A stretch of 60,304 bases of DNA, filler included, from Bacteriovoracaceae bacterium (lineage in GTDB: Bacteria; Bdellovibrionota; Bacteriovoracia; Bacteriovoracales; Bacteriovoracaceae): assembly GCA_018649885.1 (NCBI GenBank). It is 5 parts of 5 records of this genome, joined end to end, with 100 filler letters (N's around TTAATTAATTAA, not from the genome) between each part and the next. Parts side by side here need not be neighbours in the genome. Positions count along the whole stretch, not along the records: positions 1 to 24,809 come from JABIHA010000116.1; 4 more parts are not named here. One strand, 5' to 3'. The position numbers and the translations under genes were made by a program. The notes below the pieces were generated by a model. That model had not been told where the DNA came from. It searched no databases and was given only the letters and a program-made list of their open reading frames with translations. Positions 1 through 10,838 of this stretch are shown piece after piece; the first letter of the stretch is position 1; every line of letters starts with the position of its first letter.

Positions 1-3000
1 ACATTGGTGTAAGCAGCAATGGTGACATTGTCAGTGGCAGTGTCTACAAGGTTGTTATATGTATCTTCAATATCAAAAATAGGTTGAGTGGCAAGATCAG
101 CACCGGCAGTACCAGTTGTTGAAGGCTGAGTATTTACTGCCAGGTGATCGGCGGCTGCAGGGTCAATATCCACAACACTTGAACAATCAGCAGTGACACC
201 AGAACCAGTGGCCTTCAAGTAGAGGTTTCCAGTTTTAGTGTAGTTAACACCAGCAAATGTTGTGACACCTGAAGAGGCGGCCAGTGGGTTAGTGGTGGCA
301 TTTAATGTTCCACTTCCAGCAGAGCTACATCCACTATCTGTATAATCGGCCAGTGTAATACTTAGACTTGAATTGAGTACAGTGTTGTTGAAAGCATCTT
401 CCACCGTGACTACAGGTTGAGTGCCAAGATTTGATCCGGCAGTTCCTGAGGCAGCGGGCTCAGTGCTGAATACTAAGTGGTCAGCTGCTGCATAGCTTAC
501 GTCTACTGCAGTTGAACAATCAGTAGTGAGTCCGCCTTCAGCTGCTTTAAGATAAATAATCTCATCTTTTTCGTGGTTAACAGCTGTGAAGGTAGAAACT
601 CCAGCAACGGCCGCTTTTGAACCACCGTTAAAAGTTCCACCTGAAGCTGCTGTACAACCACTATCTGTGTAGGCAGTCAGTGTGACAGTGTTAGTTGAAT
701 TGACAACATTATCGAAAGCATCTTGAATCTCAACAATAGGTTGAGTTGATAAGTTGGAACCTGCTGTCCCTGTACCCGCAGGCTCAGTGGCAAAGACCAC
801 TTTAGCGGCGGCTGCAGATGAGACCACAATATTATTGGAGCAATCAACAGTGAGACCACCAGAGCTTGCTTTGAGATAAACGGTTTCGGTAGTATCGTAA
901 TCTACACTAGCAAAAGTAGCGACGCCTGATGATGCGGACAGTGGATTAGTTGTAGCACCAAGAGTTCCACCAGTAGCAGAAGTACATCCACTATCAGTGT
1001 AGGCTGCAAGAGTTATGCTATCAGAAGATGATAAAACCACGTTGGCGTAGGTATCATAAACAGTCACAACTGGTTGAGTTGAGAGATCAGCTCCAGCAGT
1101 GGCAGTGGTTGAAGGCTCAGTGGTGTAGCTTAGGTAATCGGCAGTAGCGTGTGTGACATCAACAGCAGTTGAGCAATCTGTAGTGAGGCCACCTTCGCTT
1201 GCTTTGAGATAGATGGTTTCATCTTTTTCGTGGTTAACAGCGGTGAAGGTAGCAACACCCGCAACAGCAGCTTTTGTGCCACCGTTAAAAGTTCCACCTG
1301 AAGCTGAAGTACAACCACTATCGGTGTAAGCAGTCAGTGTCACTGTGTTTGTCGAGCTAACAACGTTATCAAAGGGGTCGCGAATTTCAACAATTGGTTG
1401 TGTTGAAAGATTTGATCCAGCAGTTCCTGTTCCTGCAGGCTCAGTAGTAAATACAACTTGTGAAGCTGCTGCGGGGTCCACTGCTATAGATCCGGTACAG
1501 ACGGCCGTCATACCGCCGGCAGTGGCCTTGAGATAAATGGTTTCAGATGTATCGTAATCAACACTAGCAAATGTAGCTACCCCAGCGGAGGCAGCTTTTG
1601 GATTAGCGGTGGCATTGAGAGTTCCACCAGCAGCAGATGTACATCCCACATCGGTGTAGGCCGCGATGGTGACATTGTCAGTGGCAGTGTCCACAAGGTT
1701 ATTATATGTATCTTCAATATCAAAAATTGGTTGAGTTGATAAATCAGCACCAGCAGTACCAGTAGTTGAAGGCTGAGTGTTGACGGCCAGGTGATCGGCA
1801 GCTGCTGGATCAATATCAACAACACTTGAACAGGCCACTGTTAGTCCACCAGAGCTTGCTTTTAAATACATATTTTCAGCTTTTGTGTAATCAACTCCAG
1901 CGAAAGTTGCCACACCAGATGAGGCGGCAAGGGGATTTGTTATTGCAGAAAGAGTGCCACCACCAGCTGATGTACAACCACTGTCTGTAAAAGCTGCGAG
2001 GGTTACACTATCAGATGAGGAAAGCACTGTGTTGGCAAAAGCATCTTGGACTGTCACAACAGGTTGGGTGGCAAGATCAACACCAGCAGTACCTGTGGCA
2101 CTTGGCTCGGTTGAAAAGACAACTTGAGCAGCACCAGCGTGTGAGATAGTTGAGATAGTAGAACAGTCTGTGGTGAGTCCACCAGAGCTGGCCTTGTAAT
2201 ATGTGGCCTCAGCTTTTTCGTGATTGAGGGCGGTAAAGGTGGCAATACCAGATGAGGCTGCTTTTGAGCTTCCATTGGTTGTTCCACTTGAAGAAGTTGT
2301 TGAACAGTCGGCCGTTGTATAGGTTGTTAGACTAACTGTATCGGAAGATGAAGTGGCAACGTTGTCAAAAGCATCTCTAATTTCAATGACTGGTTGAGCG
2401 GCAAGATTTACACCGGCAGTACCAGTTGCAGATGGCTGGGTCGTATAAACAAGTTGTGAAGCCGCTGCTGGGGATATAACAATATTGGCAGAACAGTCAG
2501 TGGTGAGTCCACCAGAGCTTGCTTTTAAATAAACAGTTTCAACCGTATCGTAGTCAAGTCCTGCAAAAGTGGCGACTCCAGATGAGGCAGCTAATGGATT
2601 CGTTGTGACACTTAGAGCTCCACCAGCACCAGCAGTACAACCACTATCAGTAAAGGCAGCGAGCGTGACACTATCTGATGAGGCAGTGACAGTGTTTAAA
2701 AAAGCATCTTGAACTGTTACAACTGGCTGAGTAGCAAGATCGGCACCAGCAGTTCCTGCAGCGCTTGGCTCAGTAGTAAAGGCGAGTACCGCAGCAGCAG
2801 CTGGAGATATGATAACGCTATTTGAACACGCCACTGTCAGGCCCCCAGTTGACGCCTTAAAGTAAACATTTTCAGATTTTTCGTGGTTTAAATTTGTAAA
2901 AGTTGCGATGCCTGAAGCAGCAGCTTTTGAGCCACCATTTGTGGTTCCTCCAGAAGCTGCGGTACAACCCACATTAGTATAGCCAGCAATAGTAATAGTA

Positions 3001-6000
3001 TCACTTGAGCTTGTCACAGTATTGGAAAAGGCATCTTGAACTTCAACTATAGGCTGTGTAGATAAATCAGCACCGGCCGTTCCTGTTGCTGCTGGCTGAG
3101 TTGTATAAACAACTTTAGTGGCCGCTGCTGGATCAACAGCAGAGACTGTAGAACAATCAGTTGTAAGTCCACCAGAGCTTGCTTTGAAGTAAACTGACTC
3201 GGCCTTTTCATGATTGAGGGCCGTAAAAGTAGATATCCCTGAAGAAGCAGCTTTAGATATGCCATTTGAAGTACCAGTAGAAGTAGTAGTTGAACAATCA
3301 GCTGTCGTGAAAGCTGAAAGCACAACAGTATCCGATGAAGTGGTGACCACATTTTCAAAGGCATCTCTTATTTCCACAACTGGTTGGGCAGCAAAATCTA
3401 CACCAGCAGTTCCTGTTGCGCTGGGGTCAGTTGTATAGACAACTTTTGCAGCAGCCGCTGGAGAGACGACTATAGCGGTTGAGCAATCAACTGTAAGCGG
3501 TCCTGATGATGCTTTTAAGTAAATAGTTTCTGCTAAGTCATAATTCATTGCAGCGAATGTGGCAACACCAGCTGTGGCAGCTTTTGGATTTGCGGTAGCT
3601 GATAATGCTCCACCAGCAGCGGCCGTACATCCGACATCTGTGAAGGCAGCGAGTGTTACATTGTCCGAAGACAGCACAATTGTATTGGCGTATGAATCTT
3701 GAATCGTAACTACTGGCTGTGTTGAAAGATCAGCTCCGGCAGTTGCAGTTCCGGCAGGCTCAGTGGTAAAGGCCACTTGAGCAGCAGCTGCTGGATCAAT
3801 GGTAAAGATTGTATTGTCCACACTCTGAGTGGTGAACCCTGCCACTGTAGCAGTTAATTGAGGTCCAGCTGCCATGGTGTCTTTATAATAGAAGTTTTTG
3901 GAACTTGTGCCATCATTAATTGTTACTGATCCACTTGCTGAACTTGTACAGCTGGCATCTGTATAATAGTCTTTTGTTCCTGTAGAATCAGAAGTTAGTA
4001 CAACTGAAGTGTTTCCAGGATTATTAGTTGTGACATTTCCAAAAGTATCTTTTGTTTGGACGGTGATAATAGCAGAGCAAACTCCCGCTGTTACAGTCTG
4101 TGCAAGGCCCGCTGAGAATTCAATATGATCAGCAGCTGCAGGATTAATTGTGAAGGTTGTGTTGTCAGAACCTTGAGTGGTAAATCCGGCCACTGTCCCA
4201 GTGAGTAGTGGGGTGCCTTGTACTTCATCTGTGTAGTAAACAGTTTGAGTGCTACTAGTATCGGCAATTTGAATTGAGCCACTGGCAGTGGTCGTACATC
4301 CTGAATCAGTGTAAAAGCCAGTTGTTCCACCACCACCAGAGTCTGTTGATAGTGTAATGGTTGTGGGACCACCGTTTTGATCAGTGGTGATATTTCCGTA
4401 TTGGTCTCTTGTTTGAAAAGTCATAACGGCTGAGCATGCACCAGCATTTATTGTTTGCGTGGTTCCACCAGAGATCTCTATGTGATCGGCAATATTGGGG
4501 CTGATGGCGACTACGGTTGAACAGTCGGTGGTAAGACCACCAGAGCTTGCTTTAATATAAATTGATTCAGCCGTATCGTAGTTGACTCCAGCAAATGTGG
4601 AAACTCCTGCAGTGGCAGCGAGTGGATTAGTGGTCACATTAAAAGCTCCACCTCCAGCTGCTGTACATCCTACATCTGTAAAAACGGCCAGTGTGATACT
4701 ATCAACAGCGTTTAAGACGGTATTGGCAAAAGCATCTTGTACAGTGACTACTGGTTGAGTGACAAGGTTGACCCCAGCAGTTCCAGTGGCACTTGGCTCG
4801 GTTGAGAACGCAAGCACTGCAGCCGCTGCATAAGTTATATCAGAAGCTATTGTACAGTCTGTTGTGAGCCCTCCGGAGGAGACTTCATAGTAAATGATTT
4901 CATCTTTTTCATGATTAACATTGGTAAATGTCGCAATACCTGAAGAGGCGGCCTTTGATCCATTATTGGTAGTACCAGTTGAAGCTGTTGTGGAGCAATC
5001 AGCGGTAGTATAGGGTGTGAGTACAACAGTATCAGATGATGAGGTAACTACATTGGTATAGGCATCTCGAACTTCTACTACAGGCTGAGTTGCTAAGTCT
5101 GCACCAGCTGTACCGGTTACTGATGGCTCGGTTGTAATGACCAACTCACTGGCGGCTGCGGGGCTTATCACCACGGCCGTGGAACAATCTACTGTCAAGG
5201 CACCAGTTGAGGCCTTGAGATAAATGGTTTCGGCGAGAGTGTAATCAAGACCTGTAAAGGTTGATACACCTGATGAAGCCGCCATTGTATTACCACTGAG
5301 GGTTCCAAGCGCTGCTGTTGTAGAGCAGTCAGCTGTGGTATAGGCATCTAGGGTTATGGTATCAGAGCTAATGTCGACCACATTTTCATATTGATCTCTC
5401 ACTTCAACTATTGGTTGAGTAGAGAGATCAGCTGCAGCTACACCAGTTGCTGCTGGTTGAGTTGCATAGGTAACGTGATCAGACACATCAGGATCAATGG
5501 TAAATATAGTGTTGTCAGAACTTTGGGTGGTAAAGGCAGCGACTGTTGTAGTAAGAGTTGGCGTTGCTGCTTTTGTGTCCTTATAATAAAATGTTTCTGA
5601 ACTACTTGTATCGAGAATATCAATTGATCCAGCTGCAGAGGCCGTACAACCAACATCGGTATAAAAATCTTTGGTGCCAGTTGAATCTGAACTAAGGGTG
5701 ACTGTTGTGTTGCCTGGGTTATCTGTAGTGATATTGCCGAACTGATCTTTTGTTTGCGCCGTGATTATGGCAGAACAGACACCAGCAGTTACTGTTTGGG
5801 CAAGACCGGCTGAGAATTCAATATGATCAGCAACGTCGGGATCAATCGTAAAGCCCGTGTTGTCAGAGTTTTGAGTGGTAAAGCCTGCAACGGTAACTGT
5901 AAGAGTAGGTGTGCCAGCAAGCTCATCTTTATAGTAGATAGTTGTGGTGCTAGATAAATCGGCTATATTAACAGAGCCACCAGCAGATGCAGTACAACCC

Positions 6001-9000
6001 ACATCAGTGTAAAAATCTGTTCCCCCTCCTCCAGCTGAATCAGTAGAGAGGGTGACGGTTGTTCCACCACTTTGGTTGGTGGTAATATTTCCATATTGGT
6101 CTCTTGTTTGAAGGGTGACTACTGCTGAACAAGCACCGGCCGTAATTGTTTGAGTGCCACCTGCAGAGATTTCGATATGATCAGCAGGAGCTGGGATAAC
6201 ACTAACTGCAGTGGAGCACACTTCTGTGTAGGTACCATCATAGGCCCTCAAGTAAATGACTTCCTCTGTGTCGTAATTCACACCAGTATAACTACTAAGG
6301 CCTGAACTCGTTGCAAGTGGGCTGGTTGTTACACCAAATGCGCCTCCTGCTGCCGAAGAACAAGTACCATTGGTATGTGCTTCTAGGTTTATACTTGATG
6401 AGGCCGTCGTTACACGGTTACCATAGGTATCTTGAATTTCTACTTCAGGCATAGTGGTAAAGTTATCCCCGGCAACAGCAGATGCAGGAGGCTGGGTGAA
6501 AAATGCTAAGTTAACAGGAGTGTTGGGATCTATAGCTACGACAGTAGAACAGATCATAGTAAGAGCACCAGAGGTTGCTTTAATATAGAGATTACCTGAC
6601 AAGGTGTAGTCAACTCCAGCAAAAGTGGCGCTCCCATCGGTTCCGTTTGCGGGAACAGGATTGGTTGTGACTGAAAAAGTTCCAGTACCTGCTGCTGTAC
6701 AACCCGAGTCCGAAAAGGCGGCAAGAGTTATAGAGTCAGTGGCGAGGGGAACTAAATTATTATAGGCATCCCATACTTCTACCACTGGTTGAGTGGCGAG
6801 ATCTACACCAGCTGTGCCTGTTGCCGAGGGCTGTGTTTTATAAGCAAGTTTAGCTGGTGCTCCTGGATCAAAAGTAAGGGCGTTGCCCACGATCACAACT
6901 GGAGTATCTAATTGAACAGTTTTAACTTCTGCCTTTGTAGACTTAAGTGTACAACTTGAATCCCCATTAGCGTCCCCTGCTGAGCAAGTCCCGTAAACAT
7001 TTGTTGTACCTGTATCAGTCGCACTAAAAGTGGGGGTCATTCCCTCAACAGGGTTGGTATATTGATCTTGTAGGTTTATGGAAATTGTTGAAGCATCCAC
7101 ATTGTCAGCAGTGTGAGGTGTTGTACCAGAGATACTTGAGTTCCCAATAATAGGGACATCATTATCGACTACTATAATAGTAGAGCAGGCTGCTGTAAGA
7201 CCCGCTGCTGTTGCCTCAAAATAGAGGTTGCCTTTAGTCGTATCATTGATGCCAGCAAAAGTAGATGTTCCCGTTGTTCCGTTAGCATTAACTGGATTGG
7301 TAGTAATACTATAGGTACCAGGTCCTGCAACTGTACATCCGGCATCGGTAAAATCATCAAGAGTTATAGTGTCAGTTGCTGAAGGAATCCCATTATCATA
7401 CTGATCTTGCACCTGTACACTTGGCATTACTGCTAAGTCATAGCCTGCAACCACGCCACCTGAAGGTTGTGTTGTGTACGCTACCTTAGTTGGTGGTCCT
7501 GGATCAAATACAACCGTTGTACCTGTGTCTGCCATAGGAGAAGTAATATAGAGTGTTTTGGTCTCAGCATAAGTGGACTTAAGATTACAGGTGGTGTTTC
7601 CACTGCTATCTGTTGAACCACATACACCGTGGGTATTTGTGGCATTGGTATTTGTGGCAGAAAATACTGGAACCACTCCATCGACAAAGTTACCCCAGTT
7701 ATCTTCTAGGTGTATAGATATTGTGGAGGAATCCAAATTATCAGCAGTATGAGAAGAGGTGCCGGTAATTGTTGAATTGGCAGCAACAGCACTATTATTA
7801 TCCACTACAATATTAGCTGTACAGATGTCTGTTACACCAGATCCTGTTGCTTTTAGATATATGGTCCCTTTTGTAAATTCAGTAAAACTAGTGAAGCTTG
7901 CGTTTCCTGTGACACCATCTAAATTGAGTGGGTTACTAGTGGCCGTAATAGTTCCAGGGCCCGCTACGGTACAACCAACATCTGTATAGTCTGTAAGAGT
8001 TATGGCAAGTGTCGAATTGGTCGTGGGATTATTGTAAATATCTTGACCTTGAATTACTGGTTGAGTTGGGAGAGCAACACCTGCAGTAGCTGCGGCACTT
8101 GGCTGAGTTTGTACTATTAGATGATCAGGAGGTCCGGGGGTTATCAGCGTCGCAGTTGTGCAATCTGTAACCAGCGCGCCGTTACTCACTTTAAGATATA
8201 GATTTCCTGTCTTTGTGTAGTCTACGTTTGTAAAAGTGGAGACCCCCGCCACGGCTGCTTGAGGGTTGGCAGTGGCACTCAGCGTACCAGTACCTGCGAT
8301 GGTACATCCTGAATCTGTATAATCAGTAAGAGTAATAGGAAGTATTGCGTCCCCAGTAGTTGTTACTAAGTTGTCCCAGAAGTCCCTAATTTCTAGAGTA
8401 GGAGCAGTTGCAAAGTCGACACCGGCAACACTTGTAGCAGAGGGTTGGGTTGTTAGAATTAATTTGTTGGCCACATTGTGAGTCATGGTAAAGCCTGCTG
8501 AGCAGATATCTGTAATACCGGGTGCATTAGCTTTAAGGTAAATTGTTTCAAAGGCCTTGGTGTAGTAGGTATTTGTAAATGATGAAAGACCAGTTAAAGG
8601 GCTTGAGCTAACGGTAAGATTATCCGTTGAGAAAGTTCCTGTGACCGGGACTGTACATGCGGCATCTGTAAAAGCAGAAATCGTTACATCGGTGGAGCTC
8701 CTAAGGACTGGGTTAAAATTTGAGTCAAGAATTTGAATTTCTGGTTGTACAGTAAAATTGGCCCCAGCTGTTTCTATTCCCGTAGGTTCATTATAGAAAG
8801 TAAGATTGGCACCTACATCATTTTCAAAATATATGTAATTGCTGCCCACTTTTGTGATGGGTGATGTAATGGTAAGTATTTTGTTTTCTGCTTTAAGAGT
8901 AGTCATTGTACAGGTGGCGACGCCTATTGAGTTGGTTGCGCTACAAATCCCATAGCTATTTGTGGAAAGAGTATCAGTAGCAGTAAAAGTTGGGACAACT

Positions 9001-9275
9001 CCACTAACGGGATATCCTGAGTTATCAGCTAAGGAAATTGTAATGGTTGCGGTCGCTACGCCATTGGCAAGGGTAGGAGATGTTCCCACAATATCTGAAA
9101 CAGAATTTGCTCCACCACTATTGTTCACCGGTGCGGGAGCATTATTTAAGCTAGCTCCGCCACCACCACCACCACCTCCACCGCCATTACATGCGGCCAA
9201 GATAAAAACCAACAAACTCATTTTTAAAATGAGTTGAGATTTTGTGATGAATTTGGCGTTAAAGCTTATATCCAA
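1..9275 (-). CDS. Giant surface lipoprotein with about 28 tandem Ig-like modules (adhesin-like); 3' end lies beyond the window
   Basis: Manual translation: TTG at 9275 (alternative ATG at 9221), then ...MSLLVFILAAC (lipobox, Cys codon 9189-9191), a poly-Gly linker and ~110-aa Thr/Ala/Ser-rich repeats (QP.V...D.Y.N, YTD.GCT, IYLKA). The same frame holds at position 3 (DTYNNLVDTATDNVTIAAYTN). Absence from the ORF track fits one open frame with no stop inside the window. Confidence 0.9.
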   Translation of the reverse strand, partial: MDISFNAKFITKSQLILKMSLLVFILAACNGGGGGGGGGGASLNNAPAPVNNSGGANSVSDIVGTSPTLANGVATATITISLADNSGYPVSGVVPTFTATDTLSTNSYGICSATNSIGVATCTMTTLKAENKILTITSPITKVGSNYIYFENDVGANLTFYNEPTGIETAGANFTVQPEIQILDSNFNPVLRSSTDVTISAFTDAACTVPVTGTFSTDNLTVSSSPLTGLSSFTNTYYTKAFETIYLKANAPGITDICSAGFTMTHNVANKLILTTQPSATSVAGVDFATAPTLEIRDFWDNLVTTTGDAILPITLTDYTDSGCTIAGTGTLSATANPQAAVAGVSTFTNVDYTKTGNLYLKVSNGALVTDCTTATLITPGPPDHLIVQTQPSAAATAGVALPTQPVIQGQDIYNNPTTNSTLAITLTDYTDVGCTVAGPGTITATSNPLNLDGVTGNASFTSFTEFTKGTIYLKATGSGVTDICTANIVVDNNSAVAANSTITGTSSHTADNLDSSTISIHLEDNWGNFVDGVVPVFSATNTNATNTHGVCGSTDSSGNTTCNLKSTYAETKTLYITSPMADTGTTVVFDPGPPTKVAYTTQPSGGVVAGYDLAVMPSVQVQDQYDNGIPSATDTITLDDFTDAGCTVAGPGTYSITTNPVNANGTTGTSTFAGINDTTKGNLYFEATAAGLTAACSTIIVVDNDVPIIGNSSISGTTPHTADNVDASTISINLQDQYTNPVEGMTPTFSATDTGTTNVYGTCSAGDANGDSSCTLKSTKAEVKTVQLDTPVVIVGNALTFDPGAPAKLAYKTQPSATGTAGVDLATQPVVEVWDAYNNLVPLATDSITLAAFSDSGCTAAGTGTFSVTTNPVPANGTDGSATFAGVDYTLSGNLYIKATSGALTMICSTVVAIDPNTPVNLAFFTQPPASAVAGDNFTTMPEVEIQDTYGNRVTTASSSINLEAHTNGTCSSAAGGAFGVTTSPLATSSGLSSYTGVNYDTEEVIYLRAYDGTYTEVCSTAVSVIPAPADHIEISAGGTQTITAGACSAVVTLQTRDQYGNITTNQSGGTTVTLSTDSAGGGGTDFYTDVGCTASAGGSVNIADLSSTTTIYYKDELAGTPTLTVTVAGFTTQNSDNTGFTIDPDVADHIEFSAGLAQTVTAGVCSAIITAQTKDQFGNITTDNPGNTTVTLSSDSTGTKDFYTDVGCTASAAGSIDILDTSSSETFYYKDTKAATPTLTTTVAAFTTQSSDNTIFTIDPDVSDHVTYATQPAATGVAAADLSTQPIVEVRDQYENVVDISSDTITLDAYTTADCSTTAALGTLSGNTMAASSGVSTFTGLDYTLAETIYLKASTGALTVDCSTAVVISPAAASELVITTEPSVTGTAGADLATQPVVEVRDAYTNVVTSSSDTVVLTPYTTADCSTTASTGTTNNGSKAASSGIATFTNVNHEKDEIIYYEVSSGGLTTDCTIASDITYAAAAVLAFSTEPSATGTAGVNLVTQPVVTVQDAFANTVLNAVDSITLAVFTDVGCTAAGGGAFNVTTNPLAATAGVSTFAGVNYDTAESIYIKASSGGLTTDCSTVVAISPNIADHIEISGGTTQTINAGACSAVMTFQTRDQYGNITTDQNGGPTTITLSTDSGGGGTTGFYTDSGCTTTASGSIQIADTSSTQTVYYTDEVQGTPLLTGTVAGFTTQGSDNTTFTINPAAADHIEFSAGLAQTVTAGVCSAIITVQTKDTFGNVTTNNPGNTSVVLTSDSTGTKDYYTDASCTSSASGSVTINDGTSSKNFYYKDTMAAGPQLTATVAGFTTQSVDNTIFTIDPAAAAQVAFTTEPAGTATAGADLSTQPVVTIQDSYANTIVLSSDNVTLAAFTDVGCTAAAGGALSATANPKAATAGVATFAAMNYDLAETIYLKASSGPLTVDCSTAIVVSPAAAAKVVYTTDPSATGTAGVDFAAQPVVEIRDAFENVVTTSSDTVVLSAFTTADCSTTTSTGTSNGISKAASSGISTFTALNHEKAESVYFKASSGGLTTDCSTVSAVDPAAATKVVYTTQPAATGTAGADLSTQPIVEVQDAFSNTVTSSSDTITIAGYTNVGCTAASGGTTNGGSKAAASGIATFTNLNHEKSENVYFKASTGGLTVACSNSVIISPAAAAVLAFTTEPSAAGTAGADLATQPVVTVQDAFLNTVTASSDSVTLAAFTDSGCTAGAGGALSVTTNPLAASSGVATFAGLDYDTVETVYLKASSGGLTTDCSANIVISPAAASQLVYTTQPSATGTAGVNLAAQPVIEIRDAFDNVATSSSDTVSLTTYTTADCSTTSSSGTTNGSSKAASSGIATFTALNHEKAEATYYKASSGGLTTDCSTISTISHAGAAQVVFSTEPSATGTAGVDLATQPVVTVQDAFANTVLSSSDSVTLAAFTDSGCTSAGGGTLSAITNPLAASSGVATFAGVDYTKAENMYLKASSGGLTVACSSVVDIDPAAADHLAVNTQPSTTGTAGADLSTQPIFDIEDTYNNLVDTATDNVTIAAYTDVGCTSAAGGTLNATANPKAASAGVATFASVDYDTSETIYLKATAGGMTAVCTGSIAVDPAAASQVVFTTEPAGTGTAGSNLSTQPIVEIRDPFDNVVSSTNTVTLTAYTDSGCTSASGGTFNGGTKAAVAGVATFTAVNHEKDETIYLKASEGGLTTDCSTAVDVTHATADYLSYTTEPSTTATAGADLSTQPVVTVYDTYANVVLSSSDSITLAAYTDSGCTSATGGTLGATTNPLSASSGVATFASVDYDTTETVYLKASSGGLTVDCSNNIVVSSAAAAKVVFATEPAGTGTAGSNLSTQPIVEIQDAFDNVVNSTNTVTLTAYTDSGCTAASGGTFNGGSKAAVAGVSTFTAVNHEKDEIIYLKAAEGGLTTDCSTAVDVSYAAADHLVFSTEPAASGTAGSNLGTQPVVTVEDAFNNTVLNSSLSITLADYTDSGCSSAGSGTLNATTNPLAASSGVTTFAGVNYTKTGNLYLKATGSGVTADCSSVVDIDPAAADHLAVNTQPSTTGTAGADLATQPIFDIEDTYNNLVDTATDNVTIAAYTN

Positions 9276-9606
9276 TTCCTTTTTAAAAGCTTTTGGTTAA
9301 GTAATATTTTTGAGTGAAATTAGCCGCCTGCACCTGCTTTTCAGCTAACTCCTTAAAAAACTTAACCGTTTTCACAGTTTAATTTTAGGGTGGAAAACAA
9401 TTTGTGGAGACTTAATTTTGAAATTATTTGAAATGGATTTTATTGAGTGAAATCTTCTTCATAAAACTCTTCCAAGCTAAAGAAATTAGGGGCGAAAAGA
9501 TGAAGATTTATTTACCTTCAAAATTCCATGAGCAAATATTGAAAATTAAATAAAATACTTTTAAGTTTGAAAATTCCAAAAAGTGCCATCTTATCTTGGC
9601 AAGTAA

Positions 9607-10023
9607 CTAGTAACTAAAAGGAAATCTGATATTTTCACCATCGTGGCAGCCAAGGGATTTTTCCTTTTTTATGGCCGTAACGATGGTGGGTCCGAAGCTG
9701 AATTTAATGAAACTATCAAAGGTTGTCTCATAAAACTCAAGTACTTCAAAAAAGGCTTCACCGGTAAATGAGTCAGTGGCCATACATCTTCCATTGATTT
9801 TTTTATAGAGCACAACATTCTCTTCACAAGACATGCCAGGCCTTTTAACAATCCATTTCCCCATTTTAAAAGGACCTTTTTCAGTGTTGTATTCAACCAC
9901 CATTTTGTGCACTCCCTCGAGGGTACTGGTGACGTGGTAGACACCTTTTAAATCAGGACAGGCGAGAGCAGAAAATGACCAAAGTGCCATTAGAAAAGAT
10001 GGTTTTTTAAAAATTGTTCCCAT
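9607..10023 (-). CDS. Hypothetical secreted protein
   Basis: 138-aa ORF, signal-peptide-like N-terminus (SFSALA-CPDL), overlaps the upstream esterase by 34 nt. Confidence 0.65.
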   Translation of the reverse strand: MGTIFKKPSFLMALWSFSALACPDLKGVYHVTSTLEGVHKMVVEYNTEKGPFKMGKWIVKRPGMSCEENVVLYKKINGRCMATDSFTGEAFFEVLEFYETTFDSFIKFSFGPTIVTAIKKEKSLGCHDGENIRFPFSY

Positions 10024-10676
10024 TGAAACAAAACCTCCGGCGGAATTTCATGGCCACCTTGAAAGGGGACATAAGATAATTCCCCTCCAATAGTTTGAAA
10101 AAATTGGTTTAGATTATTTGCGTAATCAAACGATAGAAGAGGGTCATCTTTTCCGTGTGACTGAAAAATATTTATGGGTCCATGGTTTTTGGCCAGCTCT
10201 TCCCATCTTTTTTGGCATACTAGTGTTCCTGAAAAACAAAATAGGGCATCGATTCCATTTTTAATATTGAGGATTGTTTCCACTGAAATCATTGCTCCTT
10301 GTGAAAAACCACCAATAAAAACCTTTTCATAATGACAAGTGAGTTGCTGGCATAAATCAGTCACCATTTCAGAGGCCTCAAGCATTCCCTCAGGAACAAG
10401 GGTGGAATAATCTCTAGGAATGCCTGTGACCATAGCAACTTCAAGTGCTTTTTGATCAATTGGAAACCATGCTCGTCCTGAAGTAAGTGGCCCCATTTCA
10501 AGTGCATGTGGAGCATTAGGAAAAAACCATGTGGCATCATCTAAAGAGCGAATCATCTGGTTTAGAGGGTAGAGATCTTGGTTGTTTGCACCGTAGCCAT
10601 GCAGTAATACTACACAATTATTTGAGCTGCCGTGCCTGGTTAAGACTTCAAGGTTTGTTTTTATTTCTGGAAGCAA
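9990..10676 (-). CDS. Phospholipase/carboxylesterase (alpha/beta hydrolase)
   Basis: LHGYG, GFSQG nucleophile, HGKDDP and GGHEI motifs; GGAGGAG RBS. Confidence 0.9.
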   Translation of the reverse strand: MLPEIKTNLEVLTRHGSSNNCVVLLHGYGANNQDLYPLNQMIRSLDDATWFFPNAPHALEMGPLTSGRAWFPIDQKALEVAMVTGIPRDYSTLVPEGMLEASEMVTDLCQQLTCHYEKVFIGGFSQGAMISVETILNIKNGIDALFCFSGTLVCQKRWEELAKNHGPINIFQSHGKDDPLLSFDYANNLNQFFQTIGGELSYVPFQGGHEIPPEVLFQWEQFLKNHLF

Positions 10677-10838
10677 GGTCTCCTCCTAATGGTCCTTTAG
10701 ATAAATTATAGAGGCCTTGCATCGAATCGCAAGTGTTTCTAAAAGAAATGGTGCGAAAACGTTTGAGGTAAATTTTTCTTGACGTGATCCTTATCCTAGT
10801 TCAAGTTTTTAAAAAATGAATGAGAGGATATTATAAAG

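Noticed and set aside
677..9237. Many short ORFs in the track across 677-9237
   Set aside because: Off-frame or antisense shadows of the giant minus-strand gene
9310..9352. Hairpin containing GGCGGCTA upstream of the giant gene, as a possible ops/RfaH site
   Set aside because: Does not match GGCGGTAG and no NusG paralog is in view
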